Positions 1 through 8,352 are shown, numbered from the stretch's first letter. The stretch: DNA of 20,000 nucleotides from an uncultured virus (IMG/VR IMGVR_UViG_3300009376_000006) (IMGVR_UViG_3300009376_000006), one strand, 5' to 3'. Numbers and translations are program-made. The notes: generated by a model not told the origin, from the sequence alone.

Positions 1-129
1 CGCCTCACCAATGATGGTAAGATTAGTGCCAAGGAATCCATGACCAGAGCACAGCCGGGGGCAGAGAAGATACCGGTCAATCCCGAGAGGCAGTCCCGAC
101 TAAGGCACCTGATGCCATTGTACCGATGA
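1..129 (+). CDS. Hypothetical phage protein, C-terminal fragment (RLTNDGKISAKESMTRAQPGAEKIPVNPERQSRLRHLMPLYR)
   Basis: Frame 1 is open from base 1 to TGA 127-129, which overlaps the next ATG at 126 (ATGA coupling). Translated by hand. Confidence 0.6.
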   Translation, partial: RLTNDGKISAKESMTRAQPGAEKIPVNPERQSRLRHLMPLYR

Positions 130-380
130 TTAACCACCGCAACCAGCACAACGACGACCGCACCAAGACGGAAGCCTCCCGTGAGGGACGGGCCACTCTC
201 TGGGATGTCGATCCGGTCACACAGGCTCGGGTACGGACGTACCTGTACTGGGAGCGCTTGGCGGTTCAGGAGTCCTCCGAGGAGCGTAGTGACATTGAGT
301 TCGCTGCCCTATCCGGCCCCAATGTTGGTCCCGTTGCACGAGGTTACGAGTCCAGTAGGCACCGGAGTCCCCCCCAGTGA
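126..380 (+). CDS. Hypothetical protein, 84 aa
   Basis: ATGA overlap upstream and GTGA overlap downstream. Confidence 0.55.
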   Translation: MINHRNQHNDDRTKTEASREGRATLWDVDPVTQARVRTYLYWERLAVQESSEERSDIEFAALSGPNVGPVARGYESSRHRSPPQ

Positions 381-706
381 ACAGCGGTGAGGGGAACGGG
401 CATTCGTGTGAGCATGACCGTGGTAACTGCATGTCCCATCACAAGGGACAGGCTCAGGAGGTATACGGAGGGCGCACGTCCCACGAGAACCGTCGGTTAA
501 ACGGTGACAGCAGGTTTGTCGGTGGCCGTCCTTTGGACCGTGACGCCCCGGTCCCCACACAGGCTCCGCCCGACCACACCTTCACGGTCAGGGAGTCGGT
601 TGAACAGGAACAGTGGCGCCTGCTGATGGAGGAGACCCCCGGGGATACTCTGGGAAGTCCTTCGGTGCTGGACCCCCTGTTCTCACCGCGCCTGCCGTTC
701 GGGTAG
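377..706 (+). CDS. Hypothetical protein (start could be ATG 431)
   Basis: GTGA overlap with previous ORF; ends 6 nt before next ATG. Confidence 0.55.
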   Translation: MNSGEGNGHSCEHDRGNCMSHHKGQAQEVYGGRTSHENRRLNGDSRFVGGRPLDRDAPVPTQAPPDHTFTVRESVEQEQWRLLMEETPGDTLGSPSVLDPLFSPRLPFG

Positions 707-712
707 GCCACC

Positions 713-1081
713 ATGGCAGAGAAGACGGAGCGGGGCGGGAGCCCCATCGCCCAGTCCTTCCCTATCCAGCAGTACCGGCAGAACAAGAGGCCGTGGCAGA
801 CGAGGCAGGAGTTCCTCGTGGATCAGGCCCTTGAGGCGGCCATCTCAGATCCCGAGACGATTCGCGCTACTAGGCCCGTGGTTCCTATGGAGTTGATGCC
901 CGACTACCGGGGATACGTGAAGCACGAGCACAACATTATGAGCGTTCTGAACACGTCACGAGCAGTACCGTCGTACCGCTCGTGGGTTTCGGGCGCTCCC
1001 GTGATGCTTCACAACGGTTCACTCGTGGACGACACGTTCTCCGGCTCGGGGCGGTACTCGATGTCGCCACTGTGGGCGTAA
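713..1081 (+). CDS. Hypothetical phage protein, 122 aa
   Basis: Tightly packed ORF with normal amino-acid composition. Confidence 0.75.
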   Translation: MAEKTERGGSPIAQSFPIQQYRQNKRPWQTRQEFLVDQALEAAISDPETIRATRPVVPMELMPDYRGYVKHEHNIMSVLNTSRAVPSYRSWVSGAPVMLHNGSLVDDTFSGSGRYSMSPLWA

Positions 1082-1109
1082 CCGGTGCCCTGCTGGCTTG
1101 GTAGGAGAG

Positions 1110-1118
1110 TGGTAGAAT
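1110..1118 (+). promoter_or_regulatory. Extended -10 promoter (TGG-TAGAAT), probably leaderless
   Basis: TGN-TANNNT ending exactly 6 nt before ATG 1125; same geometry at 2060 and 5961. Confidence 0.65.
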
Positions 1119-1124
1119 AGAGGC

Positions 1125-2036
1125 ATGGCAGCACGTTATGTAAACCCCGAGAACGTGGCCGCACAGGGCCAGTCGTTCTATACCGGCCTGCACCCCGCAG
1201 AGTACGGCAGTGGTGGTGGTGGTGCCCAGAGAAACGTATACGGCGCTGGCTCCGGTGGATCGGCGGGTATCGGAGCAGACCGCACCGGCTCTGACGCTGG
1301 GCGGGCATGGGCGTACAGCCCCATCGGTATCCGCATTGGTCAGGCCAAGAGCGACACCGACCGCATTGTTGAGGCTATCAAAGCACTACCCCATGGAGAG
1401 GCAGAGGGCCTCCGTGACAAATCACGGACGGGTCCGGAGGCGCTGAAGCAACTGCGTAAGGGTAACGGGCAGTCCAACGGTGGCCAGACTCCTCCCGATG
1501 GCGGAACCCCCCCTGATAACGGAACCCCCCCTGATGACGGATTTAGTTTCGGAGGCTTCTTCGGAGGTGGCGTTGACGATGACGATGACATAATCGACGT
1601 TGAGTGGTGGGATACTGACCGTGGGGGTAGCCAGTCGTCCACGCGCATCGGGTCTCGCCCCGCCATCGCTCCAATGCGTGCCCTCCCAGCCCCTGCTACG
1701 GAGTCCATGGGCGGTACCGCTACACGGACCGCCAGCAGGCCCACACTGTCGCTTCCCAGATGGACGGCCGATACCCGAGCGAAGATGGACGCTCGCAATG
1801 AGCGTGACCGCGCTAAGCGGTCGGAGACTAGAGAACTAGTTGACTTAGGTAAGGGCGTGAAGAGTGGGGCCTACATGCCCGCTACTGATGCACTTTGGGC
1901 CATGAAGGGCGTCGCGTCTTCGCTCCGCGACGAGTCCGGGGACGACGAGTCCGGGTACTTCGACGCTGCGGTGAAGGGCATGTGGGGAGCCTACGCTCAT
2001 CAGCCCGCTTCCCGAGCGCACTCTAGGTTTAGGTAA
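1125..2036 (+). CDS. Gly/Asp-rich low-complexity hypothetical protein, 303 aa
   Basis: Long ORF containing three TPPD(G/N/D)G repeats and an acidic tract. Confidence 0.75.
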   Translation: MAARYVNPENVAAQGQSFYTGLHPAEYGSGGGGAQRNVYGAGSGGSAGIGADRTGSDAGRAWAYSPIGIRIGQAKSDTDRIVEAIKALPHGEAEGLRDKSRTGPEALKQLRKGNGQSNGGQTPPDGGTPPDNGTPPDDGFSFGGFFGGGVDDDDDIIDVEWWDTDRGGSQSSTRIGSRPAIAPMRALPAPATESMGGTATRTASRPTLSLPRWTADTRAKMDARNERDRAKRSETRELVDLGKGVKSGAYMPATDALWAMKGVASSLRDESGDDESGYFDAAVKGMWGAYAHQPASRAHSRFR

Positions 2037-2059
2037 TCCACCACTCACTACTCCGTATC

Positions 2060-2068
2060 TGATAGGAT
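2060..2068 (+). promoter_or_regulatory. Extended -10 promoter (TGA-TAGGAT), probably leaderless
   Basis: -10 hexamer ends 6 nt before ATG 2075. Confidence 0.65.
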
Positions 2069-2074
2069 ATAGCC

Positions 2075-2284
2075 ATGGCAGTTAACGAATCCCGCTCAAT
2101 GAACCAAGACATGTCGCAGGGTAAGAACGACGGCAAGTACAAGTGGCTGTCCCCTGACCGGGGAGGTGAGGTGGACTTCACCAACATCACCCGCCGGGCG
2201 CGGGAACTTCCGTGGCACTATGGTCTGGACACGGGAGGGTTCCCCGTGAAGGTTCTTTCCGAGCCTGTCGAACCCCCCAAATAG
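2075..2284 (+). CDS. Hypothetical phage protein, 69 aa
   Basis: ORF directly after the leaderless-type promoter. Confidence 0.7.
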   Translation: MAVNESRSMNQDMSQGKNDGKYKWLSPDRGGEVDFTNITRRARELPWHYGLDTGGFPVKVLSEPVEPPK

Positions 2285-2320
2285 AAACAACACTCGTCTA
2301 CAACTTCTGGAGCACAACCT

Positions 2321-2851
2321 ATGCCACGCCTTCTGGTGTGTAAGCCCTGCGGCGTACTCTACAACATGCGGGATTACGACGGTCCCCCGGAGTACGACAT
2401 GGAACTCTTGGACGTTATCGACCGGCACCTGTCGCAGTCTGCGGACCACCGTCCCGAGTCCCACACTTCTATGATCTTCCGGTGCGACGAAGAGACCGCC
2501 TCCAAGTTGGACATGGAGACAGAGGTCAAACAGGAACTCCTGAAGAACGAGATCGAGGTGCGGGAGATTCGCAACGATCTCAAGGAGGACGCTCTCAAGT
2601 GCTTCTCCAAGCACGGCCGCCCCAAGGCCGACTGTGTCGATTACTGCGACGACTCCAAGACCATCGGGCGCAAGGTTGGCGTGCCGAAGAGCAAGCGCAT
2701 GTACCTCTGCATGTTCTGCCCGGTTCAGGAGCACTACCAGTACCACATCCGCAAGGACAAGGGACTGTATTCCACGAAGCACGACACTGTGGACAGGATC
2801 AAGCCGACCAGCAGGACAAACGGCAAGAAACTCTGGACCCCACGGGGCTGA
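2321..2851 (+). CDS. Cys-rich (Zn-binding) hypothetical phage protein, 176 aa
   Basis: GGAG SD upstream; CKPC, CVDYC and LCMFCP motifs. Confidence 0.8.
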   Translation: MPRLLVCKPCGVLYNMRDYDGPPEYDMELLDVIDRHLSQSADHRPESHTSMIFRCDEETASKLDMETEVKQELLKNEIEVREIRNDLKEDALKCFSKHGRPKADCVDYCDDSKTIGRKVGVPKSKRMYLCMFCPVQEHYQYHIRKDKGLYSTKHDTVDRIKPTSRTNGKKLWTPRG

Positions 2852-2855
2852 TCCC

Positions 2856-3338
2856 ATGATCCTCATCACGATGGACACTCTGGCCCACCCCGGGGATACG
2901 GTGGGCGAGAGGCTCCCGAGCATTGAGGGACGGCGCCTCTGGAACCTCCTGTTCCAACAGTACAATGGAAGTATCATCCTCATTGCGGATGCAAGGGACG
3001 ACAGGGACCATCTTGAACACTGGCTTAAAGCGGGCAACTTCAAGCCCAGCATGATCGACTACGCCTCCGACAACAGCCCTCGGTCCAAGGTGCTCCGTGC
3101 CACGCAGTTGAGGAACGCCTTCGGGAGCGTCCACTGGTTCGTGGACGTGGACCCCTACAGCGCACAGTTGGCTCTGGAGGACGGACTCCCTACCCTCATC
3201 ACGGTCACTCCGGCCGTGCCACGGTCCGAGTGGAGGGACGACCGGCCAGACAAGAAGAAACCGTGGGACTCCCTCGTGGAGGAGATCGACCGGCAGAAGA
3301 TCATGCGTGCCGAGGCGAACTGGGGTGAGCGGGAGTGA
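2856..3338 (+). CDS. HAD-superfamily-like protein (degenerate motifs), 160 aa
   Basis: ATG 2856 follows the previous stop. N-terminal strand ILITMD and C-terminal WFVDVDP resemble HAD motifs I and IV, but the DxD is incomplete. Confidence 0.55.
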   Translation: MILITMDTLAHPGDTVGERLPSIEGRRLWNLLFQQYNGSIILIADARDDRDHLEHWLKAGNFKPSMIDYASDNSPRSKVLRATQLRNAFGSVHWFVDVDPYSAQLALEDGLPTLITVTPAVPRSEWRDDRPDKKKPWDSLVEEIDRQKIMRAEANWGERE

Positions 3339-4762
3339 AGGTCTACTTCGGTGGGGCGGAGAAGGGAACGTACCGTTCTATCCTTCTGTCCGCCGGGGTC
3401 ACCTCGTTCGCTGTCAACCTCACACAGTTCCCCATCCCCAAGCGCAAGGCTCTGGACCTCCAAGAGAAGTTCGGCGGGGGTGACGTTCTGGTCTACGCCT
3501 CAGAGGCAGACGAGGACATTGACCGCTTCGATGCCTTCGTGCGCCAGCACCTAGACGACATTGCAGTCGTCATCGGCCCCCCTGACTACGACGGGGCATG
3601 GCTGGGCCAGAAGTATTCTCCTGTCTGGAACGACAAGGAGGACATGGAGAGGCTCGCTTGGCTCTGCGAGAAGTACGGTCGTGTGGCCATCAGTGATCGT
3701 GCAATCAACAGCAAGACACTCCCGCGCATCAACCAACTCAAGCAGCGCTGGGGGTGCCACATGACGGCCCTCACGTCGAAGGTGGACTCCATCGAGGCAG
3801 GCCCGTGGGACGCTGTGGTAGTGGGCTCGTGGACCTCGGTCATCCGCTACGGCGAGACTCAGGTCTGGGACGGCCATGGCCTCCGTCGGTACCCAGCCCA
3901 GCAGAAGGAGTCGGCCCGTAAGAAGCACCGGGCCGACATCGTCCGTCTGGGAGTGGACTACGACGAGGTAATAGACGATTCAGTGTCGTCTCTGGGCCTG
4001 CTCGCCATCCGTTCGTGGTTGGCGTGGGCCGGGGCCTATGACCCCTCGGGGACCTCATCGGGTGAGGATGAGTTTGGGCCTAGTAGCGATCAAATGATTG
4101 CTATACCCCCCGATGAGCACGACGGGGGTTCAGGGTCTTCCAACCTCCCTGATATTGTTATCGGTACCGTTCTAGAGCGGCACGAAGACGAGAAGGTATT
4201 GCTACCGGGTCTGGGTCTGGAAACGGTCACCTCCATAGGGGAGCAAACCACCTCTGAGCAGGGGGAACACCTAGAACTGGGCCCTACAGAGGTCACCACT
4301 GTGGCCAGTACCGGGGGCCTCCTAAGACAATGCAATAATTGTTATCTGGCCTCCCGATGTCCTGCATTCAAGGAACATTCAGAATGTGGCTTCAAGTTGC
4401 CCGTGGAGATAAGGACCAAGGACCAGTTGAACGCCGTCATGCGGGTCATGCTGGAGATGCAGGCGAGCCGTGTCCTGTTCGGCCGGTTCGCTGAGGAGTT
4501 GGAGGGGCAGGGTCTGGACCCGGCACTCTCGGCCGAGATGGACCGTCTCTTCACGCTCATCGACAAGATGAAGACCGTGAACGAGTCCCGTGAGGTGCTC
4601 TCCATCTCCATGGAGTCCCGGGGCAGCAGCGGGGTCCTGTCCCGTCTCTTCGGGTCCAAGGCTGGAGAGACCGCTCGCCAACTGCCGGGCGGTGGTCTGG
4701 ACGCCGAGGAGACAGACCAGTTGTACGGGGACATCATAGACGGGACGGTGCTTGACAGATGA
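3335..4762 (+). CDS. Conserved hypothetical phage protein, 475 aa: alpha/beta N-domain, acidic linker, Cys-cluster and helical C-domain
   Basis: GTGA/ATGA coupling on both sides; MKVYFGG start; CNNCYLASRCPAFKEHSEC motif. Function not recognised with certainty. Confidence 0.8.
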   Translation: MKVYFGGAEKGTYRSILLSAGVTSFAVNLTQFPIPKRKALDLQEKFGGGDVLVYASEADEDIDRFDAFVRQHLDDIAVVIGPPDYDGAWLGQKYSPVWNDKEDMERLAWLCEKYGRVAISDRAINSKTLPRINQLKQRWGCHMTALTSKVDSIEAGPWDAVVVGSWTSVIRYGETQVWDGHGLRRYPAQQKESARKKHRADIVRLGVDYDEVIDDSVSSLGLLAIRSWLAWAGAYDPSGTSSGEDEFGPSSDQMIAIPPDEHDGGSGSSNLPDIVIGTVLERHEDEKVLLPGLGLETVTSIGEQTTSEQGEHLELGPTEVTTVASTGGLLRQCNNCYLASRCPAFKEHSECGFKLPVEIRTKDQLNAVMRVMLEMQASRVLFGRFAEELEGQGLDPALSAEMDRLFTLIDKMKTVNESREVLSISMESRGSSGVLSRLFGSKAGETARQLPGGGLDAEETDQLYGDIIDGTVLDR

Positions 4763-4917
4763 CCGTTCGGGAGTACTTCGAGAATGACGAGGACGACCCC
4801 ATCCTCTTCGACGCCTTTGGCGTGGAGGGAGATTACTGCTACTACTGTGAGGAGTACACTCCCCTCACCGATCTGTCGTGGGACGGCCTGTGCGTTGAAT
4901 GCGCTGAAGAGCAGTAG
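4759..4917 (+). CDS. Small acidic Zn-finger protein, 52 aa (MTVREYFENDEDDPILFDAFGVEGDYCYYCEEYTPLTDLSWDGLCVECAEEQ)
   Basis: Not in the ORF track. ATGA-coupled, two CxxC motifs, stop 2 nt before the WhiB ATG. Confidence 0.7.
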   Translation: MTVREYFENDEDDPILFDAFGVEGDYCYYCEEYTPLTDLSWDGLCVECAEEQ

Positions 4918-4919
4918 GT

Positions 4920-5312
4920 ATGCCCGGGACCCCAGAATGGAACGGTAAGGCCCCCTGTCGTGGTCGGGCGCACTTCCTGTGGTACCCGCCGATGGAGTCC
5001 AAGGACCCCAACGCTTGGTACGAGATGGGACGGGTCATGTGCTCCACCTGTCCGGTCTGGGAGGACTGTCTAGAGTACGGGCAGGGCGAACGCTGGGGCA
5101 TGTGGGGCGGCCTGACCCCCAAGGAGCGTAAGAAGCCCTCCACGACGCACGGCTCGTGGATTGACTTCAGGCGTGGTTGCAGGTGCCCGGTATGCTTTGC
5201 AGCGCACGATGATCAGATGGCTGAGGAACCGATTGACCCGGACCTGTTGCCTGACCAGACCGTTCCGGTGTATGGTGATCCGAGCAGGCTCCTGTACGAC
5301 ATCACGTCTTGA
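4920..5312 (+). CDS. whiB: WhiB-family (Wbl) Fe-S transcription factor with C-terminal HG..GCRCxxC extension
   Basis: Four Cys (C..CSTC..C) plus WGMWGGLTPKER, the Wbl G[IVM]WGG signature. Confidence 0.92.
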   Translation: MPGTPEWNGKAPCRGRAHFLWYPPMESKDPNAWYEMGRVMCSTCPVWEDCLEYGQGERWGMWGGLTPKERKKPSTTHGSWIDFRRGCRCPVCFAAHDDQMAEEPIDPDLLPDQTVPVYGDPSRLLYDITS

Positions 5313-5333
5313 CCCCGACACCTGCTCTCTCCT

Positions 5334-5960
5334 ATGCGCTCTATTGGTATTGTCCTGTCTAGCCTGCTAGTCTTCGCTTCGTGCGGGGGTGAGTTTGGTA
5401 TCGACGCTGGTGAAAGCCGCATGCGGAGCATCAGCGGACCGGGGTTCGATTCCCCGCACCTCCACCAAGGGGCGACCGAGGAACCAAGTGCCTTCTCTGA
5501 GAACCTGAACAGGAACCCGCGCTCTCAGAAGGTCCCCTCGGTCGTCCCTGAGGACCCCCCGGTGCTGACGGTGGTCTTCCACCGGCCTGTGCCTACCACC
5601 ACGACCTCCACGGTCCCTCCCACGACCACCACGACGCTCCCTCCCGAGCCGCCTACACTGGCGGAACTGATCGGACAGAACTTCGAGATGGAGGACTGGG
5701 CGTGGGCGCTTAAAGTGGCTTTCTGTGAGTCTTCCGCACAGCCCGAGGACGTGGTATCGAAAGCGGTACACAAGCGGTCGGGAGCGTCGGGCTGGTTCCA
5801 GCACCTCCCCAAGTTCTGGGAGTATCGCACCGAGGCGGCGGGAATCCCCGGGGCCGACATCATGGACCCGGTCGCCAACGTGGAGGTGGCGGCGTATCTC
5901 CTTTACCAAACGCCGCAAGGTAAAGGCCACTGGTACCCGTCCGAACACTGCTGGGGATGA
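5334..5960 (+). CDS. Lipoprotein with C-terminal lysozyme-like/SLT transglycosylase domain
   Basis: Hydrophobic signal ending FASC (lipobox-like), Pro/Thr linker, catalytic CESS motif, GASGWFQH, DPVANVEVAAYL and terminal HW. Confidence 0.8.
   Translation: MRSIGIVLSSLLVFASCGGEFGIDAGESRMRSISGPGFDSPHLHQGATEEPSAFSENLNRNPRSQKVPSVVPEDPPVLTVVFHRPVPTTTTSTVPPTTTTTLPPEPPTLAELIGQNFEMEDWAWALKVAFCESSAQPEDVVSKAVHKRSGASGWFQHLPKFWEYRTEAAGIPGADIMDPVANVEVAAYLLYQTPQGKGHWYPSEHCWG
5385..5467 (+). ncRNA. Mini-tmRNA: stand-alone tRNA-like domain with no tag ORF or pseudoknots
   Basis: Acceptor GGGGGUG/CACCUCC with G3.U70, A73 and encoded CCA; stemless D-loop AGUUUGGUAUCGA; helix CGCUGGUG/CAUCAGCG; GAC linker; T arm CGGGG-UUCGAUU-CCCCG. 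Confidence 0.85.
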
Positions 5961-5969
5961 TGGTAAACT
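5961..5969 (+). promoter_or_regulatory. Extended -10 promoter (TGG-TAAACT), probably leaderless
   Basis: -10 hexamer ends 6 nt before ATG 5976; no SD. Confidence 0.65.
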
Positions 5970-5975
5970 AGACGA

Positions 5976-6512
5976 ATGCCAGAACCAGATGGTCCACAGT
6001 TTCAGAATCTATGGCAGTCCGCCATGGACGATGCGTTTGCCAATCTTGATGCGACCTCCGACGAGGAGTTGGAGCGGCACGTGCCGGAGGCGGTAGACGA
6101 GCCAGAAGATGACCGCCCACCGTCCCCGTTCACCGTGGTTGACGACCCCGTACAGAACGCTGTCTGGGACCGCATAATGAATCCCTACAGGGAGCAGCAA
6201 GAGCCCCCGGAGTTGGGGGAAAGTATGAGTCGGTGCGGGTACTGCGGTGAGGTCATCGACTACTGCCAAGGCCACGGCGAGGCCGAGCGCGCAGAGTTCG
6301 GATTCGACATCGACAGCGACGAGTACGAGGCCCGGCGTGAGATGTTTGAGGCTGAACTTGACCCTGACGCATACTTCGCCCGTGACGAACCTGTTGTTCC
6401 CCCGGAAGACAACTGGAGGGATTCTCAAAGTGTCTCCTTTAAGGATGTCTCCGACGAGGACATCGAAAAGCACGAACGGTTCTGGCGGGACCTCGGGAAC
6501 AGGACCTCCTGA
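5976..6512 (+). CDS. Highly acidic hypothetical protein with CGYC..C..H motif, 178 aa
   Basis: ORF after the leaderless-type promoter; D/E-rich. Confidence 0.75.
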   Translation: MPEPDGPQFQNLWQSAMDDAFANLDATSDEELERHVPEAVDEPEDDRPPSPFTVVDDPVQNAVWDRIMNPYREQQEPPELGESMSRCGYCGEVIDYCQGHGEAERAEFGFDIDSDEYEARREMFEAELDPDAYFARDEPVVPPEDNWRDSQSVSFKDVSDEDIEKHERFWRDLGNRTS

Positions 6513-6514
6513 AC

Positions 6515-6700
6515 ATGCCGTCCCGCTTTGTGCCCCGTTGGTTCTTTCGTCCCTCCGCCCAGCCCGAGTCCGTGCAGCCACGTAAGGCTGAGCGGAGCGC
6601 TAGTCGTTCGGTGAGGGACGACATCCCCGAGGGGTACCACTCGTGGGGCGAGTACTGGGACGAGCGCCATGCTAAGGAGAACGGTCGTGAGGAGAGGTAA
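6515..6700 (+). CDS. Hypothetical protein, 61 aa
   Basis: ATG 2 nt after the previous stop. Confidence 0.5.
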   Translation: MPSRFVPRWFFRPSAQPESVQPRKAERSASRSVRDDIPEGYHSWGEYWDERHAKENGREER

Positions 6701-7139
6701 GCACCGCCATCTGGGGAGCGCTCAGTGGTCGGACTTCTCGCCCGAGGAGAGGCCCCTCCCGTTGCTCGCTTCCTTACGAGAGTTCTCCGAAGAGGAGATC
6801 ATTCCTGCCGCCAAGGACAACCTGAGGCAGACCTTCCGTGAGGCCCCCGCCAGTGTGAAGGCGGCGAGCGCCGTCACGGCGGCGACCGGCGTGGTCGGGG
6901 CCGTGACCGGGGACATCTCTCTCGTCAACGCTGTACCGCTCACCACCGTCGTGGCCCCGGGACTCCCGTACGCACGCAAGGGCGTGGAGTGGCTCGCAGA
7001 GAACAAGGAGAGCACCGGTACGTGGACCGGCGGCCCGCCCAGCGACGTGCCCTTGCGACAGCGCATTCGGCAGGGGGCCCATCCCGTGCGGGGCATCAGG
7101 AACCTGTTCCGAGCGCCCGGAGAAGAAATCAGGGATTAG
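6687..7139 (+). CDS. Hypothetical protein with a hydrophobic Ala/Val segment
   Basis: GTG 6687 has AAGGAG 7 nt upstream and is in frame with track ORF 6669..7139. Confidence 0.6.
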   Translation: MRRGKHRHLGSAQWSDFSPEERPLPLLASLREFSEEEIIPAAKDNLRQTFREAPASVKAASAVTAATGVVGAVTGDISLVNAVPLTTVVAPGLPYARKGVEWLAENKESTGTWTGGPPSDVPLRQRIRQGAHPVRGIRNLFRAPGEEIRD

Positions 7140-7172
7140 GGGTTGCGCTCTCGCCTCTGGTGGTAGTAGGTT
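7120..7172 (+). promoter_or_regulatory. SigA-type promoter TTGCGC-N18-TAGGTT with upstream GAGAAGAAATC box
   Basis: -35 at 7143-7148, -10 at 7167-7172; upstream box repeated at 9359; AGGAG SD before ATG 7211. Confidence 0.65.
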
Positions 7173-7210
7173 TCCCCTCTGAGACCTGACGACCACGACT
7201 AGGAGACGAC

Positions 7211-7459
7211 ATGCCCTCCAACTACCCGCCGGGCGTGACCGGCAACGAGTTCCACATCGCTGGCTACGACAGAGAGTGGGAGGAGGACCGGTACTGCGAG
7301 CAGTGCGACGAGGAGACCACCTTCCTCATGGGACGCTACCGCCGCACCATCGACGGGTCGTGCGGAGAGTGCGGACACGACATCGCCGCTGAGTTGGACG
7401 AGTACATCGACCCCGACGCCGGGCGGGACGACTACGACCGCTGGGGCGAAAGGGTCTAG
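7211..7459 (+). CDS. Small Zn-ribbon phage protein, 82 aa
   Basis: Strong SD; SNYPPGV start; CEQC and CGEC. Confidence 0.8.
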   Translation: MPSNYPPGVTGNEFHIAGYDREWEEDRYCEQCDEETTFLMGRYRRTIDGSCGECGHDIAAELDEYIDPDAGRDDYDRWGERV

Positions 7460-7462
7460 TCC

Positions 7463-7759
7463 GTGGACTATGACACGAGTAAACACTCGTTCTGTGATCG
7501 TTGCGAAGAGCGGGTCGATCTGGACATGGGCCCCTATCAGGTTGTGGACGGACTCAACATCTTCGTGGAGGGCTACTACGGGGGGTTCACGGACACGCTC
7601 CCTGACGAGGTTCCCCTGAGGGTGGTGCTCTGCCACGCCTGCTGCGTCTGGCTGGCAAAGGAGATTGCGCCCGTGGCTGAGTTCGTCAAGGGCGGCCACC
7701 CGCACCCCGACGACGGCTGGTGCTGTGAGTACGCCTACAGGTGGCCCGGCGATGGATGA
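7463..7759 (+). CDS. Cys-rich hypothetical protein, 98 aa
   Basis: CDRC, GYYGGFTD and LCHAC motifs; packed between neighbours. Confidence 0.75.
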   Translation: MDYDTSKHSFCDRCEERVDLDMGPYQVVDGLNIFVEGYYGGFTDTLPDEVPLRVVLCHACCVWLAKEIAPVAEFVKGGHPHPDDGWCCEYAYRWPGDG

Positions 7760-8090
7760 GATCAACCCCCCCGAGACGGAGGACCTCTGGATGAAAGATG
7801 AGGACCTCTGGATGAACCTGATGGACCGGGACATCTTCCTTGACCATGTCCGCAGCCTACCTGACGTTTATACGGTTGACGAGTGGGACCTGAACGACGA
7901 TGTTGGAAGGCTGATGGACTCGGCGCTAGAGTTCACGGTGACACACAAGAACTGGGTCGGGCACGTGGCCCGGTACGGAAGCGAGTGGGTGCTTTATGTC
8001 AAAGACCAAGAACGGAATGATGGACTCCTTGACATGGTCGAGGCTTATCACTGGATTCAGAGAGACCCTGAGGAGGCTCCAGATGCGTGA
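7752..8090 (+). CDS. Acidic hypothetical protein, 112 aa
   Basis: ATG 7752 overlaps the previous stop region; internal duplication EDLWM x2. Confidence 0.7.
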   Translation: MDEINPPETEDLWMKDEDLWMNLMDRDIFLDHVRSLPDVYTVDEWDLNDDVGRLMDSALEFTVTHKNWVGHVARYGSEWVLYVKDQERNDGLLDMVEAYHWIQRDPEEAPDA

Positions 8091-8352
8091 CGGGCCGAGC
8101 GAGCACTTCTGGGAGGAGTTGGGTATTCTCAACCCCGACGCCGTCCGGTTCGACGGGCTGGACCACTGCGTCCTCGGGCTCGGTGGCCAGTTCTCCATGG
8201 ACCCGGTCTTGGTCTACGACTACGACCTGATGATCGAACACTTTCTCTTCAACGACAACCTGACCTACGAGGAGGCCGTAGAGCACGTTGACTTCAACGT
8301 GGTCGGCCTCTGGGCTGGTCCCCATACACCTATCATCATGCGAGGAGCGTGA
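8083..8352 (+). CDS. Conserved small phage protein (DGLDHCVLG..YDY..EEAVEHVDFNVVG..GPHTP type), 89 aa
   Basis: GAGGAGG SD before ATG 8083; motif pattern recalled from uncultured phage proteins. Confidence 0.8.
   Translation: MRDGPSEHFWEELGILNPDAVRFDGLDHCVLGLGGQFSMDPVLVYDYDLMIEHFLFNDNLTYEEAVEHVDFNVVGLWAGPHTPIIMRGA

Noticed and set aside
15..23. TGG-TAAGAT extended -10-like motif
   Set aside because: It lies inside the open frame 1..129 and has no start codon 6 nt downstream, unlike the three accepted copies.
2096..3052. 318-aa minus-strand ORF
   Set aside because: Antisense shadow of the coupled plus-strand genes; typical high-GC artefact.
5385..5467. Ordinary tRNA-Ala, full ssrA gene or simple attP core
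   Set aside because: No D stem or anticodon arm, and no tag ORF or pseudoknots. An attP core would normally carry one end only, and no integrase is in the window.
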